Assembly (NCBI GenBank): GCA_963727445.1
Contig: CAVSGI010000011.1
Location: 96,001-160,000 of the forward strand
Source of the DNA: an uncultured delta proteobacterium
Lineage (GTDB): Bacteria > Myxococcota_A > Polyangia > Polyangiales > B10-G4
DNA: 64,000 nucleotides
Direction of reading: 5' to 3'
Part shown: positions 62,196 to 64,000 of the stretch, piece after piece
How the letters are laid out: each line of letters opens with the position of its first letter
How positions within the stretch are numbered: position 1 is the stretch's first letter
Translations under genes and position numbers: made by a program
Notes under the pieces: model-generated
Database searches by the model: none
What the model saw: the letters and a program-made list of their open reading frames with translations, nothing else
What the model was told of the DNA's origin: nothing

Positions 62196-63005
62196 TCAGT
62201 CGCCCAACACCCGCTTCTTCGTGAGGCGCTGGGCGAGGGCCGCGCAGAGCACCAAGAAGACCAGGGCGGTGCCGGCGAGCCATGCGAGGTGTGCGTCGAC
62301 GCGCCCCGAGACCAGGAGCGCGCGCGCCGTCTCGGAGAGCTCGTAAACCGGGTTCAGCTGCAGGAGGGTCTGCAGCCAGAAGTTGTCGCTGTGGAGCGGG
62401 AAGTAGGTGTTGCTGATCAAGCCGAGGGGGACGCCGATCAGGAAGACGGGATAGTTCATGTGATCGATCGCCGGGACGACCGCCGTGAAGATCAAGGCGA
62501 AGGCGCCGAAGGTCCAACCGACCGCGAAAGCGAGCAGAGGCATCACGAAGAGATAGCCCCAGTGGAGATCGACTAGACCGAGGATCTGGAAGACGCCGAG
62601 GACGGTCGCCACGATGGCGGTGTTCAGCGCGCCGCGCGCCCCGCACCAGAGGATCTCGCCCCAGACGATGTGGTGGATCTCCACCTGGGTCGCGAGGATT
62701 CCGTCCCAGGTCTTTTGGTAGAACATGCGCACGTAGGACGCGTAGAGGCCTTCGAAGAAGGGAGTGGAAAAGGCGGTGTAGGCGAGCAGACCGGGCGCCA
62801 CCCAGGTGGCGTAGGGAACGTCGGCGCCCTGATAGGCCAGGCTTCCGACGTAGGTTCCGAGGCCGAGGCCGAAGGCGACGAAGAAGATCACCGGCTCCAT
62901 CGCGGGCGGAAAGAACGCCGTCTTCCAGTTGCGGAAGTAGACCAGCGCGTTGCGGCGGAGCACCGCCAGCGAGCGCCAGTCCAGAAAAGAGGTGAGCGCC
63001 GTCAT
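62196..63005 (-). CDS. ABC-2 type permease (NodJ-like)
   Basis: EPVIF..FGLGLG, APGL, YQKTWDGILAT, GEILW, SNTYFP. Confidence 0.9.
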   Translation of the reverse strand: MTALTSFLDWRSLAVLRRNALVYFRNWKTAFFPPAMEPVIFFVAFGLGLGTYVGSLAYQGADVPYATWVAPGLLAYTAFSTPFFEGLYASYVRMFYQKTWDGILATQVEIHHIVWGEILWCGARGALNTAIVATVLGVFQILGLVDLHWGYLFVMPLLAFAVGWTFGAFALIFTAVVPAIDHMNYPVFLIGVPLGLISNTYFPLHSDNFWLQTLLQLNPVYELSETARALLVSGRVDAHLAWLAGTALVFLVLCAALAQRLTKKRVLGD

Positions 63006-63934
63006 GGGTGTTCCTCGGAGATGGACACCGGGTCCAGCGAGAGCGAGAGGAAGAGGTCGTCGAGATTCGGGCGGCGAATGTCGAAGCGCGCGCCGCCGAA
63101 GCGATCGGAGAATCGCGCGATACCTTCGGTCGAGATGGGCGCGCGGAGCTCCCGCAGTACTTCGTAGGGCGTGACGTCGAGCGTGTCGCGAAGGAAGGCG
63201 AGCATCGCCTCGCGCTCCTGGGCGTCGGGGGGGACGATCAAGACGTGATCGCCGAGGAGACTGCCGAGGACGTCGCGGGCCGTTCCGTCGGCGACGCTCT
63301 TTCCATCGGCGAGGACCACCAAGCGGTCGGAGAGCTTCTCCGCTTCGTCCATGTAGTGGGTGGTGAGGATGATGGCCATCCCCGCGTCTCGGAGCGCGTC
63401 GACCAGCTCCCAGACCTCCACGCGGGCGCGTGGGTCGAGCCCGGTCGTCGGTTCGTCGAGGAAGAGGATCTTCGGGCGGTGGACCACCGAGCGCGCGATG
63501 AGCAGCCGTCGTTTGAACCCGCCGGAGAGCGCGTGGGGCGAGTAGTCGCGGTAGCGCGTGAGGCCGAAGGCTTCGAGCAGCTCTTCGATGCGCGCTTCGA
63601 GCCCTTCGACGCGCGGGCGGAAGTAGCTCGCGTACACCTCGAGGTTCTGATGCACCGAGAAATCGTAGTCGAGGGTGTCCTCCTGGGTGCACACGCCGAT
63701 CAGGCGCTTGAGCTCGGTTCGATGTGCTTCGAAGTCCTCGCCTCGGATGCGTATCGAGCCAGCCTCCGGTTCGATGAAGCCGTAGAGCATGCGGAGCGTC
63801 GTCGTCTTGCCGGCGCCGTTGGGGCCGAGGAGGCCGAGCACCTCGCCTTCTGCGCAGGTGAGGCAGAGCGCGTTCACGACACGTCGTCCGTCGTAGCTCT
63901 TCACCAGCCCTTCGGCTTCGAGGATGGCGCTCAT
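63002..63934 (-). CDS. ABC transporter ATP-binding protein (NodI-like)
   Basis: GPNGAGKTT, LSGG, LDEPTTGLDP, TTHYMDEAE. Confidence 0.93.
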   Translation of the reverse strand: MSAILEAEGLVKSYDGRRVVNALCLTCAEGEVLGLLGPNGAGKTTTLRMLYGFIEPEAGSIRIRGEDFEAHRTELKRLIGVCTQEDTLDYDFSVHQNLEVYASYFRPRVEGLEARIEELLEAFGLTRYRDYSPHALSGGFKRRLLIARSVVHRPKILFLDEPTTGLDPRARVEVWELVDALRDAGMAIILTTHYMDEAEKLSDRLVVLADGKSVADGTARDVLGSLLGDHVLIVPPDAQEREAMLAFLRDTLDVTPYEVLRELRAPISTEGIARFSDRFGGARFDIRRPNLDDLFLSLSLDPVSISEEHP

Positions 63935-64000
63935 CACCGCGGATATACCTTTGCTCGGCCCGGATGACGAGTCGCCTTGCCCCAACCTGGGGACTGTGCG

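Noticed and set aside
62196..63934. Nod factor export
   Set aside because: NodIJ-like ABC-2 exporters are widespread, and no nodABC genes are present in the window.

Overview
High-GC (about 70% by eye) chromosomal segment, most consistent with a Polyangia/Sandaracinaceae-like myxobacterium (MYXO-CTERM protein, Myxococcus Cys-rich lipoproteins, four Hanks-type Ser/Thr kinases, FHA-sigma54 activator, PEGA/TPR proteins). It has about 60 genes. Housekeeping genes include gluQ, a dnaQ-like exonuclease, gloB, rsmD-coaD, PIN-PhoH, prkA/yeaH/spoVR, a cystathionine gamma-lyase/synthase, a UvrD/Rep helicase, a HAD-IG 5'-nucleotidase and a NodIJ-like ABC transporter; many exported or lipoprotein genes lie between them. 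I saw no rRNA, tRNA, CRISPR array, integrase or transposase. Region 34.5-38.9 kb is full of indels, probably consensus errors. Most notable: (1) a compact cassette at 40591-41258 made of a 15x hexamer repeat, a ~150-nt branched hairpin that hides the RBS and resembles ssDNA promoters/ssi signals, an Avd-like four-helix-bundle gene and a closing hairpin; (2) recurring TPR/PEGA plus Cys-rich lipoprotein modules near kinases, one of which splits prkA from yeaH-spoVR; (3) sigma54 and sigma70 promoters placed for near-leaderless transcription; (4) two probable CTG-initiated, translationally coupled genes; (5) several apparent pseudoenzymes (Eda-like, CPBP, HtrA, GlpA-like). All family assignments come from motif recognition by eye; no database searches were run.
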